NCBI RefSeq assembly: GCF_036321535.1
Contig: NC_087436.1
Location: 68,016,001 to 68,080,000 of the forward strand
Direction: 5' to 3'
Source: Camelus dromedarius
Taxonomy: Eukaryota
Length of the DNA: 64,000 nucleotides
The translations under genes were made by a program, and so were the position numbers. The notes beneath the pieces are model-generated. The model did not search any database, was not told the DNA's origin, and worked only from the letters and a program-made list of their open reading frames with translations. Shown here piece by piece: positions 50,911 to 64,000 of this stretch (within the stretch, counting starts at the first letter, position 1; every line of letters begins with the position of its first letter).

Positions 50911-53619
50911 TGTTGGGGAAGATAATAAGAGTAAAATATAGTTCCTGCTTTCACAGAGAGCTCACAGTCTAACACTCTAGAATACAAACATAAGAAATTT
51001 ATTTGAAGTAAGGAGAGAAAATAATTAACAGGAAAGTACATAACACCATGATTTCTCAAACAGAAATCCAGAAATTTCAAAGCTGATTGTTTTTTAAAAA
51101 ATGATTGTTTTTTAAAACTTGACACTTCAGTACTCTCAGTAATTATTCATGTAAAATATAAGCCATTCATTTAAAACATCCTGTCTAGAAATAAAGAAAA
51201 AGAGGGGCATATAGAAAAATAAATCATTTTCAACTGAAGAATAATATTAATAATTCTAAATTATTGAACATGGAGGAGTGCTAACAATGTAGATAAGAAA
51301 TGGAAGTATATGAATTACTTTAGGGAGAGAAATTCACTTCCCGTTTTATATTTATTGAACATTCTACAAGAGAGGAAATAATAGAACAGTAAACAAATAT
51401 AGCACTGCATTAAAAAAAATTAAGGAATGCCAAAAAAAAAAAAGAAAAAAAAATCTCTTTGAACTCTAGTCAGAGGAATGGTTAGTAAAGGAAAATTGGT
51501 GTGTGTAAGGTACTCTAGAGAAATCAATTGACAGAATTGGAATCATAACTTCTCATGTTTCCAATCATCGAACAGGAGCTGACCTTGGTGCCCTCAATAG
51601 TCTCAGTCTGAATCTTTTCATTTGAGTTAATAAAGGTCTGTATAAATTTGCCAACACGAACTGCAGACCAAAGCCCTGGTGTAATTAGTTGATGTATTAA
51701 TTTGCCAGCTAGACAAGAATTGAACATTACTATCATGGATTACCATGCCAAACCCTAGCAGTAAAAGCCCTAAAGGAGATAAAGAATATAGGTCATATTC
51801 CATCTTGAACTACTCACTGAAATTTTAACAGTCAACAAGCAATTTTCTGTGAGGAGAGTTAAGCCTATATTCTCAGCAGAAGAGCAGGCATCTAGCAGCA
51901 TAAACAAATATGCTTGAAGAATCAGAAGTCAGCAACGCCATGACTATCACAGAAACAGAAGAAAAATGCTAATAATAAAACTATCCCACAATAATTTAAC
52001 TCAAATATTTAGTATGTTACTAACTGATGTATTATTAAAATTCCATTTAGCTAAATGTTAAATCTACAAAGGGAGAATATGTGAACTGCTGCATTTGATT
52101 TGTTTTTTCTTAATTTTTGTATCCTCCTGTAATGAAAGTATTATTTTATGTAGATCAGAAAAAATAAATAAAGCCATTAATATTAAAAACCGTAATTTAG
52201 TTAGATAAATGCAAGTCATCAATAACCTCACTGTAAATAAAAAATTGAATTAATCACAAACACAATTTGGATAATACCTTTAGGAGTCAACTTCATGGGA
52301 AAATGGATGAGAAATTCATTAATCTATTCCTTTTTTGTCCTCCTTTACTGCCATGTCTTCAGCACTTCATTTTAATTTTATATTTTGATATGTACATGAA
52401 TATGACATGCATGACCATGGCAATATGTCACCGAGAATTGTGCCTCAGACACAATAGGGACTTAAGTATTTGCTGAAAGAATAGATGAATAAGTACAGAG
52501 CTCTAGCATTGTCCAAAAGAAACTAATGAAATGATACAATTATATAATGAATACAGATAGGTGATCCCATGAACGGGTTGTTTAGACTCATTACCAAGAA
52601 AAGAATTATTGTTTTACTCTAAGCCACAGAATTAATATACACATTTGGGAAGCACAATGTAAAACTGGCAAGGCTGGAATGACAAACCTCCATGGAAAAA
52701 CATTTCTCTCACCTCACCCCAACCCACCAAGACCAAAATGAGAGAACAAAGTCACTAGGGGGAAAAAGAAGAAAACTAAACATTTTTCTAGTCAAAGTTT
52801 AACCAATGGTTTGAGAATCTGCTAATATAAACACACAAAATAGCTATAATAATGTGCTTCAACAAGACTCGATTTTTTTTTTTTAATTTTGGGTTACATT
52901 GTTTCCCATTGAGAATATGGCCTTGGAACCCTATTTCATTTCCTAAATCCCAATGAATTATTCTCTCTTTATTTTAAAATAAACATACTAATGGGATTTG
53001 TAAATGCTGACTCAAATTAAAGGGATATGGTATTCTGAAATGCCACAACATTAAATAACCTGGAATCACGTTAGGTAAATGAAATTCTAACCTGCAATTT
53101 GTTAACAGGTAAGAATCCAGAACCCAAATCATGATTCTGGTTTGTTCCCTGTACCTAAATTCCTTATGGTTCCATCTCTTTCAATATCTGCATCTACATA
53201 TTGTGTTTACCTACTGCTAACCCAGGCGACACAGCTCAGTGCTGTCATAGTTATAGAGAAATGATCCCCTAACACCAAAAATTTCTGAAGTTTCATATTT
53301 TAGCAATGATTTGAGGGGATACAGCAAAAGATGAGATAGGACACTGCATAGTCGTTCACTATTATATTAGTTCTATTCCCCTTTCTCTTTCTCTCCATTT
53401 CCCTACTATCACTAAGTGCATCAAATAAATTCTCTACCTTATACTGATTTTCTGTATTTTTTTTTTTACTGATTTCCTTTTATTCTTTCCCCCAAACCAC
53501 AAGAAGACAAAAAGCATAGTAGATTTTTGCTGATTTTTTTTTCCACCTACCAAGAAATGGGAGTAAAATAACCCAGTATTCTGGTTATTCTCAATTTGCC
53601 ATCCCCTGATCCCAAATCC

Positions 53620-54190
53620 TTTTACAAATATTTCTTCTGATCTTTTTCTTCTCCTGATATTCCAATATACAAATGTTACGCCTTTTGTAGTTGCCCCATA
53701 GGTCCTAGGTAGTCTGTTCTTTTTTTTTTTTTTTTTTTTTCAGTCCTTTTACTCTTTGATTTTCAGTTTTGGTAGTTTCTATTGACATATCCTCAAACTC
53801 AGAGATTCTTTCCTCAGCTATGTCCAATCTATTAATTAGGAATCCTTCATTTCTATCAAAGATTTTTTTTTTATCTCTAGCATTTCTTTTTGATTCTTTC
53901 GCAGAATTTCCATCTCTCTATTTACATTACCCATTTGTTCTTGCATGTTGCCTACTTTTTCCATTAGAGCTCTTAGCATATAAATCATAGTTGTTAATTC
54001 CTAGTCTAATCATTCTAACATTCCTTCCATATCTGGTCCTGATGCTTGCTTCATCTCTTCAAAGTATGTTTTTTGCCTTTTATTATGCCTCATTACTGAA
54101 ACTGGACATGATGTAGTGAGTAAAATGAACTTCAGTAAATAGGCCTTTACTATTTGTAACGTGGTGGTAAGCTGTAGGGAGCATGGTGTT
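53620..54190 (-). mobile_element. Old L1 ORF1/5' region fragment
   Basis: 'gtagtttctattgacatatcctcaaactcagagattctttcctcagctatgtccaatcta' is a typical L1M ORF1 reverse complement. Confidence 0.75.
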
Positions 54191-54379
54191 AGTAATAATC
54201 TCAAATATTTTAGCAAACAAGTTGGGAAAAGGTCTATAAAAATCTCATAAGTCATTTCCATCCGACTTGCAGCAATCAAATTGGCTACATTTAAATAAAT
54301 TGAAGTCTATTTTTCTTTCACAAAAACTGGCTCCCCATAGTATTCCCATGTGTACACCTGAAGTTACTATTTACTATTA

Positions 54380-55760
54380 TTTTTAGTAAGGAGTCAACTA
54401 GAGCTGATTTGGTAGAATGACAAAGACACCGAAACAGCTCTTGTCAAAGTCACTTTCATGTTGCTGAATTCTCTTCATCTCACTTGCTCGGTCTGAAGCC
54501 TTCATCAGAGATGACAACTAGTTCCTTCTTGAAATAACCTCTTCTCTTGGCACCACTCTCTCCAAGAGTTCCTTCCTCTGCACTGACTATCATAGTTCAG
54601 CCTCATTTGCTATGTCCTGTTCCTTATCTTGGACTTTCTTCCCTTCTCGTCTCTTGTTAACAGTCTTCCTTAGGTGACTGCATTCTATCATCTGACTTTA
54701 AAACAAACCCATTTACTGAGATCCAGATTTGCTTATTTGTCTCCCAAGGATCAAGCCTAATCCTTGACTTTCTATTCAGATGTCTCATATATCTCAAACA
54801 TACCATGCTCCAAATTGAATGCTTTCTTCTTCCCTTCTTAAAACCTGCTCCTCAACATTTTCCCAATTTAGTAATTCATGTCAAACTTCAATTTGATGAG
54901 TCTGAAGCTTAACTCACCCTTAGTTTCTCTTCTTTGACTTCACTCCCTTTCTATTAGACCCAACACCTCAACAATTCCTATTTTTGATTCTGATTCTGAA
55001 ACATATCTCAATTTCATCCTCTTCTCTTTATCTCCAATGACACCTCCCTAGTTCAGACTACCAATATCTCTGGCCAAGCTTCAGCAAATGACTCTAAATT
55101 AAATCCATACTTTCATTCTTATTCCCCTCAAATTAATTTTCCAAAGAGTAGAAAGGATGTTTTAAAACTCAAATTGGATAATCTTACTTCCCTTCAAAGC
55201 CTTTGTACCGCACTTAGAATAAAAGCCAAAGCTTCTTCTACGGCCTGTAGGACGTATCTGTTCTAACCATTAACCCATCTTCAGTCTTCAACCTCCTAGA
55301 CTGCTACATTTCTCTTCCCACTACTGCTACATGCTTCTTCTTTCCATTACTTAAACATACCAAGCTCTCTCCAGGCTCAAAGTCTTTGAACATGATGCTC
55401 CTTCTGCTGAAAACACTTCTCTTTGCCTAATTAGTTCCGTTTCATGACTCAATCTTTCTTGAAATGTCACTGTCAAAGTTATATCTTCTTTATCCTTGTT
55501 TAAAGTGAGGATCAGGTTTTAAGAACAGAAGAATAAAAAACTTCTCTCCAGTATCATCTTTCTCAGCATCAGGTTTTTTCTCAATTGCACTTGATTACAA
55601 TTTGCAGTTCATTGTTTTTGTTTCCTTATCTTGTTGTCTGTTTCCCCCACTAGAATGTAACACAAAAGGGCCAGAGAGCATGTCTATTTTGTTTACTTTT
55701 TGAGCCAGAGCAGAATGACTAGTCCTAGATGGTCATAACGAAATATTTTTAAATGAATTT
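54380..55760 (+). mobile_element. L2 LINE 3' region
   Basis: 'gaaacagctcttgtcaaagtcac', 'cacttagaataaaagccaaa', 'ccccactagaatgtaa…catgtctattttgttt…aaatattttt aaatgaat'. Confidence 0.85.
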
Positions 55761-58702
55761 TCAATATTTAGAAACCTATCCTCTCCCTTTGTTTGAATGT
55801 GTTTATGGATTAATGTCATCTTCGATTCTCATTGCTAAATAATTGCTTTTATCTTCTCCCTCAGAAATATCCACTCAGTGTTGTCACTAACAGAACAATT
55901 TTCTACCCTTTTTACTCATCAATATTAATGATGAATGACGCACTTAGTGAAAAAGTTCAGAGCAATTGGCTTTGAGGAGGTTTAAATAGCTCCTTTTAAC
56001 CATTTATTCTTCCTCTAATAAATTTAGTTCATTGAAGCTATAAAATATGCACAAGCTACACTCAAATACAAAGTTTGGTTCCAATCTAATATCTGATCAG
56101 TCATTTTCTTATATTGTGCTTTTCAAATAACCCACTTAAAATACCTTAAGAATCTAATAAGCAGGACTATGTATGTTCTTTAGTGCATTCTCTATAGAAG
56201 AAAACAATGAAATTATTTTGCTTTCTTCAATAAAATAAGATCTGTATCAGCGCATTTATTCTAAAAAGCTACAAACCTGATGGAATTCTATCATAATCAT
56301 ATACTCATTTTATCTAGCTGATTGGCAAGAAAGAAAAGAGGAGGGAAATCACAGGTTTGCAGAGTATCTCAAACTAAGAATGGTACCAACAATGACTTTT
56401 TGCCAGGAATTAGTTACCCATTAAAGGACCCTGTATGCTGCATCAGAGGGGTGAAAGGGAAGCATAGCAATGCAGAATTAATCCAAGCAGACTTACTTGA
56501 TCATTTTTAGCAAAATAAAAAAAAAAATTAAAAAAAAAAAACAAAAAGAAATAGGAACCAATATTTCCAAGGAAAAGATGAATTGTTATTTTTTGTAATA
56601 GGTATTTCCTCTAGGCAGCTTCCAATGTCATACTGTGACATCTCCAACAATTTAAGTTATCTCAAGAATGCATAACCCATACAGACCATAACAGAAGCAT
56701 CTACGCTTCATCTTCTCCCACTTCAGTTCCTTCTCATAACCCCAATACTAAACAGTTAAATAGTTCAGCAGCTTCAGGTCCTGCTCTAAAAGACCATTAA
56801 GACTACAGGGAAAATATAAGATCATCCATTCTTTTTGAATTGAATTATTTGAAAGCAAGTTTAGAGTGTTAGTTGGTTTTTTATTCACCACTTAATAGCT
56901 ATTTTACATTATATTGCAACTTCCTAGGCACCTAAAGCTCTTAGAAAAATACTGAACATACTTGATGCTAAAAATATTTATTAATTTCAGAATTTATAGA
57001 GTCCCTAATTACTTTAAGAAGTAACTGAACTTTGGATATACTACATCATGTATATGCATTTTTAAAAATCTCAATCCAAACTTTTTTATAACTTAAGTAA
57101 GTAACCATTATCAGGGTACTAGTTATATCCTTCTATATGATGGGTAGTACTGCGCTACCATAACAAAGTACCTCATCACTGTAGTATCAGGTGATACAAA
57201 CTAGAATAGTTTCACCCCAAGTAAAGTTCACCCAAAATTTGTGAATTAATGATATTAACACATAATTAAAATCATAATGACCAAAACATTCCTCTTCCAA
57301 GGAATATCTTTATGTTGAATGGAATCTGACAAAAATCAACTGATTATTATCTATATTTGAATTATTGGCAAACACTGACATTAGGATAACTATGCACATA
57401 TGAGCAAGCATCCTTTGTTTAATGGTTCATTATTTATCTAAAAGAGTTATTCTAAAGAAAGGTAATAGAAATGATGTTATTTCTAGGACAGAATTAACTT
57501 TACCTAGTTCACATACAAAGTTCATATTGTACTTTGCATTCATCATTCTGAGAAGAACATTTCAGTGTTTTGACACATGTCTTATCCTATAAAAATATTT
57601 TTTATTATTTTATATTTTGTAAAACTTTCTAATAAAATGAAATTTTAGTCCCTGCAGTGTCTACCCTTTAATGTCTAAGAGAAAAAAATTATTAGAAAAT
57701 CACTGTTTGCAATATTAATAAGTTCCACCAGATGAAGGAAAAAATCAGATCTTTAAAGGCTGGCAGAACTAGAATCAGAGACAATTATTGGCATTTTCTA
57801 AGATATCCAATTGCTTTGATTATGAATTGCTTTAGTTAAGTCAAGATTTCATTTGGTTAGAATCAGTGCCTTACAAAAATGAAAGAAACACTCCCTGTAA
57901 GTGGGATCTGGAAGAAACTCATAAGAATTTTCAACAGCTCTTTCTGTTTTAAGTTTCTCCTCCAATTTTAGTTGTACCTGCTGACTCCAATTCCTGAGCA
58001 TTTCAAAGTGTTTTCGGAAAAAATGACTCACCCCATAGCATTGTTAAGCCTCCACTGCAGGCAGGCAGATTTCCCCTTTTTCTGACCTGTCAGATCAGTT
58101 ACCATTTGTTCTTTGCTTTCTCTCTTACGTAATTTTGTTGAACCTCTTTCTGCTGTCATCTTTCCTCTCATTTACTTTTGCCCGTATGGATTTATTTTAT
58201 CTTCTGTTATTCTCAAGGACCATAGTTAAATACATCCATTTAACCAAAGATCTATAACTATTTTTAAAAGTATGGAAATACAGATATCACTTTCAATCTA
58301 TCCATCAATATGAAAAACCTTTTATTAAGTTCTTAAATATATTTTTTAAATATATAGAGGGAAAAAAGAGCATATGGGAATATACCAAATGTTTACAAAG
58401 GTTGTACTGGCATAGTTGTTCATATTCTTTTTTCAGTTTTATATCTTTTTAAGTTTTTGAGAATGTATATGTTTACCTTTTTATATTGAAATATAAATTA
58501 AACTTTGTTCTGTTAAAGCACAATTAGATTAGAATATTTTATACTTACACAATTCATTCTAAAAGTAGACACTCCCCTATGGGCAATGGGAAACAAATGC
58601 CAAAAAGAAGAGAAAAAAAGCAAAGGTTAAGGAGATTTGGCATTTTTGGCTTAGTTGGTTTTCACTGTTTTGGGTGGCTTGATTGTACGTGGTTTTCTTC
58701 CC

Positions 58703-59122
58703 TGTGCATTCGTTCCCCTGTGCTACCATAAAAAAGTACCACAAACTGGGTGGTTTAAACACCAAAAATTTTTTGTCTCATAGTTCTGGATGCTAAAAGT
58801 CCAAGATCAAGGTGACAGCAGACCATGCTCCTTTGGTGGGTACTAGAGCAGCATGTGTTCCAAGGCCCTCTCCTGGCTTCTGCTAGTGCCTTGGATTCTA
58901 GCAGCATTACTCCAACCATCCCATGGTCTTCTACCTGTGTGCATGTCTGTTTCTGTGTCCTAATTTACCTCTGTGAAGACACCAGTCATACTTGATTAGG
59001 GCCCACACTGATGACCTCATCTTAACTTGATCACCCATAAAGATCCTATTTCTAAATAAGGTCATATTCACAGATATTAGGAATTCAATATCTTTCTGAG
59101 TAACCCAATTCAACCCATAGCA
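58703..59122 (-). mobile_element. MaLR solo LTR (MLT1B/C-like), near full length
   Basis: TG…CA ends, with 'taccacaaactgggtggtttaaac', 'gattagggcccacactgatgacctcatcttaacttgat' and 'aattcaacccatagca'. Confidence 0.9.
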
Positions 59123-59234
59123 CTTTGTTAATGTCAAAAGTCTCTTGGGAATCCCAAAATGCTATTCACTGCATCCAGCTGGATTTCATGTTGATGCACT
59201 AAACCATGGCCCTTCTGAAAAATATCTGCCCTAG

Positions 59235-59420
59235 AGCAGTGACTCCCACGTGTAGCAGATTATCGAAATGACTGAGAAGTGTTTACAAAATGCATGTACA
59301 GTACCTTGCAATCTCAGTTAGAGATTCTAATTGAAGAAGTACAGGGAGAGGGTGAGGCCATATAAATTTTTTAAATTTCTCTAGGCTCTTTTAATGATCA
59401 GATGTAGGAATTACTCATTC
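59235..59420. mobile_element. MER5-like hAT element
   Basis: 'gagcagtgactccc…agagattctaatt…gagggtgaggcc…taggaattact'. Confidence 0.5.
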
Positions 59421-62400
59421 CCAAAGTATGCACCTCTGGGTATGCAGAATATAATCTACTGGAGTGCAAGGAAAAATATCAGAACTTCCATTTCTAGTCA
59501 TTCCACTGCAGGCTTTTAAATGTCAGCATATATATTTTTTTCATAACGTGCTTTATGGTACAGGAGTAATCATATATTAGTACATACTTTATACTTATAA
59601 AGGTATATACTTCAAAAGTTTAAACATATATAATCTAATATATAAAATATATATTCAAAACCTCTAACTGATGGGAAACTGCAAGCCAAGGCTTTTGGAG
59701 ACCACTGCCCTAAAGGGTCCAAGATAGATGATTATTTGATCTTCTTTACCATGCAGGTACTCACAGAAGATAAACACAACGATGAAGATGACAATGATAA
59801 GCAGGACTCCCACTGGATTTGTAATAAAAATATGTTTATGGGACATTATAATGGGTAACTTTGTACTTACTATGGGGCCTTTAATTTGTACCACTAAAAC
59901 ATTCTGTACGCCAGCCTCATTATATAATGTAGACATTTATTGCTAAACAATGAACAAACTGTATGCATAAATCTGCTTATGCATAAATCAGCGTTTCACT
60001 GGTACATTTTAAAGCAAGAGAAATACACTGGGATGAGACATTTAAAAATTTTTTTACCTTGAAAAATAAGTTAAAAGACCCCAAGAGTAAAGAACAATAA
60101 AAGTTAGAAATTCAGTTACATGATAGGTCTTTATATAGCTTGAAGGAAGAGAGAGAGAAAAGAGAAGAACATAGGAAAGAAACAAAGGGAGATTTTTTAA
60201 AAAATGGAAGTAATGTAGAAAGATTTCAGATATTAAATTAGAGGGAAATACCTTCCCTATAAACAACAGAGTCCTGCCAATTGTGCTGAGAGAGAATGAG
60301 GTGGAATTGATTGTGCCAGCATTAGATAAAGCACTAGCTAAACAAAGAGCTTCTGGTATTCTGAGGAAAGAGCCAGAAAGTACAAAAAAAGATCAGCTCA
60401 GTGGCAGTCAGCCATTAGATACCGATGAAGCTAATCCACACCACAAACTTGTGAACAAAGTAGATTTTCCTCCTTGTCTGTTCTCACAAATAATCATTAA
60501 TTTTAAGTGCAGCTTGGGCAGGTGCACAGAGAGCTCCTACTGTTTTGACATGGCGTTGGACAGTTTCCAAGCAGCAAGCTGGTATAGTCCTTGAGTCCCT
60601 TCCACTTCACTGCTTCTCAAATTCACTTACATCTACAGACAGCCTGTCTCCTACCTGCAACACGCAGGGGCAGACCAGCTTTTCTAGCATCCAGAGAGGT
60701 TCATTTTCCAAAATTTGGAACCAAAACATCCATAAACTTATTCAGCGAGTGGCAGCAAGATTGTCCAGTCATTGATATGAACTGTCTAAGATGAGTCTAC
60801 TCAGCTAATATGCTTATTGATAATCTGCCTATTAGATCAGCTACTGTGGACTGAATTGTGACATCTTTATGCTTAAGGAGATGGGCGATGCACTTACTGT
60901 GCTTAAGACCAATGCAATAAATATCTGAATTTATACTGGACTCAATATAGAGAAGGTATTGAAATGAAAAGGGCTTTAACTTCTTACAGATCTAAACCTT
61001 CACCATATTAGCTCCTATTCTATATTCTGCAGTTCTCAAGACTGGATGTCTGCTTATTTTGTTCACTCACTTTGACTTTACCTCTTGTAGGAAGATAGAT
61101 AAGGAATGAGAGACAAGAAGGATAGAAGCTGTTTTGTCTAACTCTTTTCTCCCCTTCTTAAAGCCCCAAAGAAACAAATTATTCCCATAAAGAGCATTAA
61201 TGAGTGTATCAATGGTTGCAGCCCATTAAATAAGGGCAGATGTCACAAAGGCACTGCAAAACCTAGGGAAATGTGTCCCCACTGTGCACAAAGCACTCCC
61301 CCAACCCTGGAGGTTTCTAGACACTGCCACCTGTCTTGGTGACAGATCCACTGTGTCCACTGCAAGCTTTCCAGGTGCAGAACAGAGAGGGGAGCCACCT
61401 GAGGAACCATCTGTAACATAAAGACATCTGCCAACTCCCTCTTCAAGATTTGGTAAGGATCAATGGCATATGTATAGATCAATTCAAGTTCCTTAGAAGG
61501 AAAAATCTGAAATAAGAGCACATTAATTTTCCCTAGGAGTTAGCAGGTGGTTGATAATCCTATCCACAACATGTGGATATAGCTATTGACATGCAGATAG
61601 AGTGGATGGATTGCCCACTAACACAAAAGAATAAATGACAAGGTTTGAAGAAAAAAATGCAGAACAGTATTGTCTCCTAATACAAGTAATCGATGCTCTG
61701 CTCACTGGACAAAATATTTATATGGATGCTACCTAGGCACAGAAAACTTGATTTCCTTCTCTAAATTTCACATAGCAGTAAATAATTGTTATAAAATACA
61801 CTAGATAAGGATCATCTGGTAAGTGGATAATATATTTTTTAAAAGAAAGGGAATTTGATAAACTAGAAGTCAATGAAGAGTGCAATAACAACTCACTTTC
61901 AATACATCCAAGAAAAACTAAAATAATATGCTCAAAATTGATAAACGAAAATCACTCCAATTTTCGCTTGAACTCAGATCACATTCTTCTATAAACTTTA
62001 AGACTATCACATTTAACAATAAAGTTACATTCATCGAAATGGAAACTTGAGGAATTGTGAATGCAATTGGACCTCTGAGATAAAGATATTCATATCTTGA
62101 ATTTTAATGCCACTTGTATAGCTTGTAAGCTAATGCCAGAATGGACTTGTTTTCCTCTCTATTTAGAAAAGGGAGGAGGCAAGGGAAAACTACACATGGC
62201 ATCATTGGAAACAAGCCAAGTGGCAGAGTGCTGCGGAAGGAATTGGCAGCCACACTATCTGAGAAATCAAACTGGAGACAACTTTCCATGCATTTCAAAA
62301 ATAAGATGTATTATAGTGTGACATGTATAAACTTTTTAACAAAAGCGCTGAAAACCGCTTCACTCTCTCCCTTTTTTTTTTTTTTTTTTTTTGCAATTAT

Positions 62401-63469
62401 CATTCTAGCTTTCTAAATGTTCCCACTTGATTTCAGCTACATTGCTATTTTGGGATAAATGTCAAGAAAAACTTAAAGACTATATTTTTCTCATCTTGAA
62501 AGAGGCCTCAATTTTTTGGGAGAAAACAAACTTCTCACAAACAAAGGAAATTGGAAGTAACTTCTGCCTGATTAAAAATGGAAAAAATCAGAAAGAATCA
62601 TCGCTAAAGAAAAACAAACCAGCTATTAAAATTGTTAGCATTCTCCAAGACCTATTATCTAGTTCATGATACCTGAATACAATGGCCCTATTATGTGAGG
62701 CTCTTGGAACATCTCCAAGGCAGTCACCGTCTTTAATCTCCAAACCACTGCTGCAAGATGGTGAAGTGCTGTCCATCAAAGTCCCATTTTCCACACAGTA
62801 AATTCTCAAGTGCAAGAAATTTCAGTCTTACTTAATGATCCAGGAAAAAAGCAGGAAGAGTGGGGCTTGCGAGGTCTAAAGTGTGTCAGTCCAGATTGAT
62901 AGGTGTGGCTTTATCCCCTTACATCTCACAATCTCATAGAGGGAGGAAACTTACATTGCCCTTCTCAGGAGGGAGTAGTACTGGAGGAAATATAGCTCTC
63001 CACCACCATCCTCTCATTCAGCCTTTCTCTAGAGAAGATGCACGGTTCATCTGAGAGATGAGACTGAGAGAAAGGCTCTGGGAAGGTGTAGCTCAAACCT
63101 CTCTGGGTGCCCTCTCCAGAACTGACTACAAACTCTCTCCTCTGCTTCAACTGATAATTCTATCAGGGGAGGCTCTGCTTAGAAAGGATAAAAACCTGGA
63201 GTTTAAGGTGGGGAGATTTGAGTCCATCGGGGAAAGAGAAGGAATCCTGATTTTGGTTGCAGATTTAAGCAGGCTTTATTAGTTATGAAGCTAATGCTGT
63301 GGTCATTTTCTCTGATCATCCTTGAATTGGTTCAGAATATAGAAAGAGAGGTAGGAGTGACACTTCAAACACCTCCACTGCAGTCTCCTATCAAGTGGTT
63401 TAAATGAATAAGCTACCTAGTTTCCAAGATTTAGCCTAGTGATAATAATGCTAGTAATGACAATGATGA

Positions 63470-63680
63470 TACTAATGAGAATAACAAATATGTTTTGACA
63501 CAGTGTCAGACACTGTGCTTCCTATAACTGATTTACATGTATTAACTCACCAAATTCTCATATAAGTCCATGAAGCGGAGACTGCAGTTATAGCATCACA
63601 TGGAAAATTGAGGCAATCCAGGCTTAACAGCCTTCCTAAAGTCAAAGAGCGGAGTCTTCCCTCTTCAGCACCATTCTTGT
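63470..63680 (-). mobile_element. MIR SINE
   Basis: 'gtgtcagacactgtgct…tttacatgtattaactca…atggaaaattgaggca'. Confidence 0.7.
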
Positions 63681-63834
63681 TGTCACTATTAACTTCAGGT
63701 ATTGTCTAACTCTCATCTTATCAGTCATTTTATAATGAAGAGTATTTTTTAAATCTGTTCACTTTGGCTAGCTGGCATGATATATTTATATATCTTTCAT
63801 TGTTTTCTGGTGAGTTTTTAAAAGGTAAGAATAA

Positions 63835-64000
63835 TAACCATAGGGATAATACCCAACATGTACGTGTCAGGAACTGTATTAAGCACTTATCTGATACAAT
63901 CTTCAAAACAGTTGAATGAGGTGATGGTATCATCATCCCCATTTTACAGTTGAGATTCGGAAACTTGGGAGTGTCTTTGCCAAGGTTGCTATTAGAGTAC
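63835..64000 (-). mobile_element. MIR SINE (runs to window edge)
   Basis: 'gtgtcaggaactgtattaagcactta…catccccattttacagttgag…ttgccaaggtt'. Confidence 0.7.

Noticed and set aside
56511..56552. Orphan A-rich tract as a retrocopy tail
   Set aside because: No recognisable upstream retroelement or mRNA body and no TSD. Treated as simple low complexity (likewise 51411-51453).
58026..58095. Strong minus-strand donor GGG|GTGAGT (also an AP-1 TGACTCA) and TCTGAC-CT-GTCAGA palindrome
   Set aside because: No convincing polypyrimidine acceptor, and short motifs like these are expected by chance in 64 kb.
60283..60594. 103-aa plus-strand ORF
   Set aside because: GTG start, no recognisable domain, no clear splice context.
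61561..61579. TATCCACA-aca-TGTGGATA hairpin
   Set aside because: Only an 8-bp stem, which is expected by chance.

Overview
AT-rich, CpG-depleted placental-mammal DNA, most likely a camelid (a Vic-1-like tRNA-Ala-derived SINE at ~36.45 kb; I saw no Alu, BovB/Bov-tA or PRE SINEs). It reads as intergenic or deep-intronic sequence. I cannot support any host protein-coding gene: every ORF with recognisable homology comes from a transposon. Much of the window is layered repeats: young LINE-1 copies (one 4.25-kb copy with a complete but disabled ORF2 and a perfect 15-bp TSD), old L1/L2/MIR fragments, MaLR and ERVL-type solo LTRs, Tigger/MER DNA transposons and a HAL1-like ORF1-only element. The most interesting items are an old U6 snRNA-L1 chimeric retrocopy (34368-34558), several G-to-A changes at conserved or catalytic Asp codons of the long L1 (possible APOBEC3 footprint), a tail-less doubly truncated L1 fragment, several perfect tandem duplications, and repeat-poor islands with homeodomain/SOX/POU motifs that may be enhancers. 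I found no convincing previously undescribed biological system. Repeat family names come from my recall of consensus sequences, and boundaries of old repeats are approximate.
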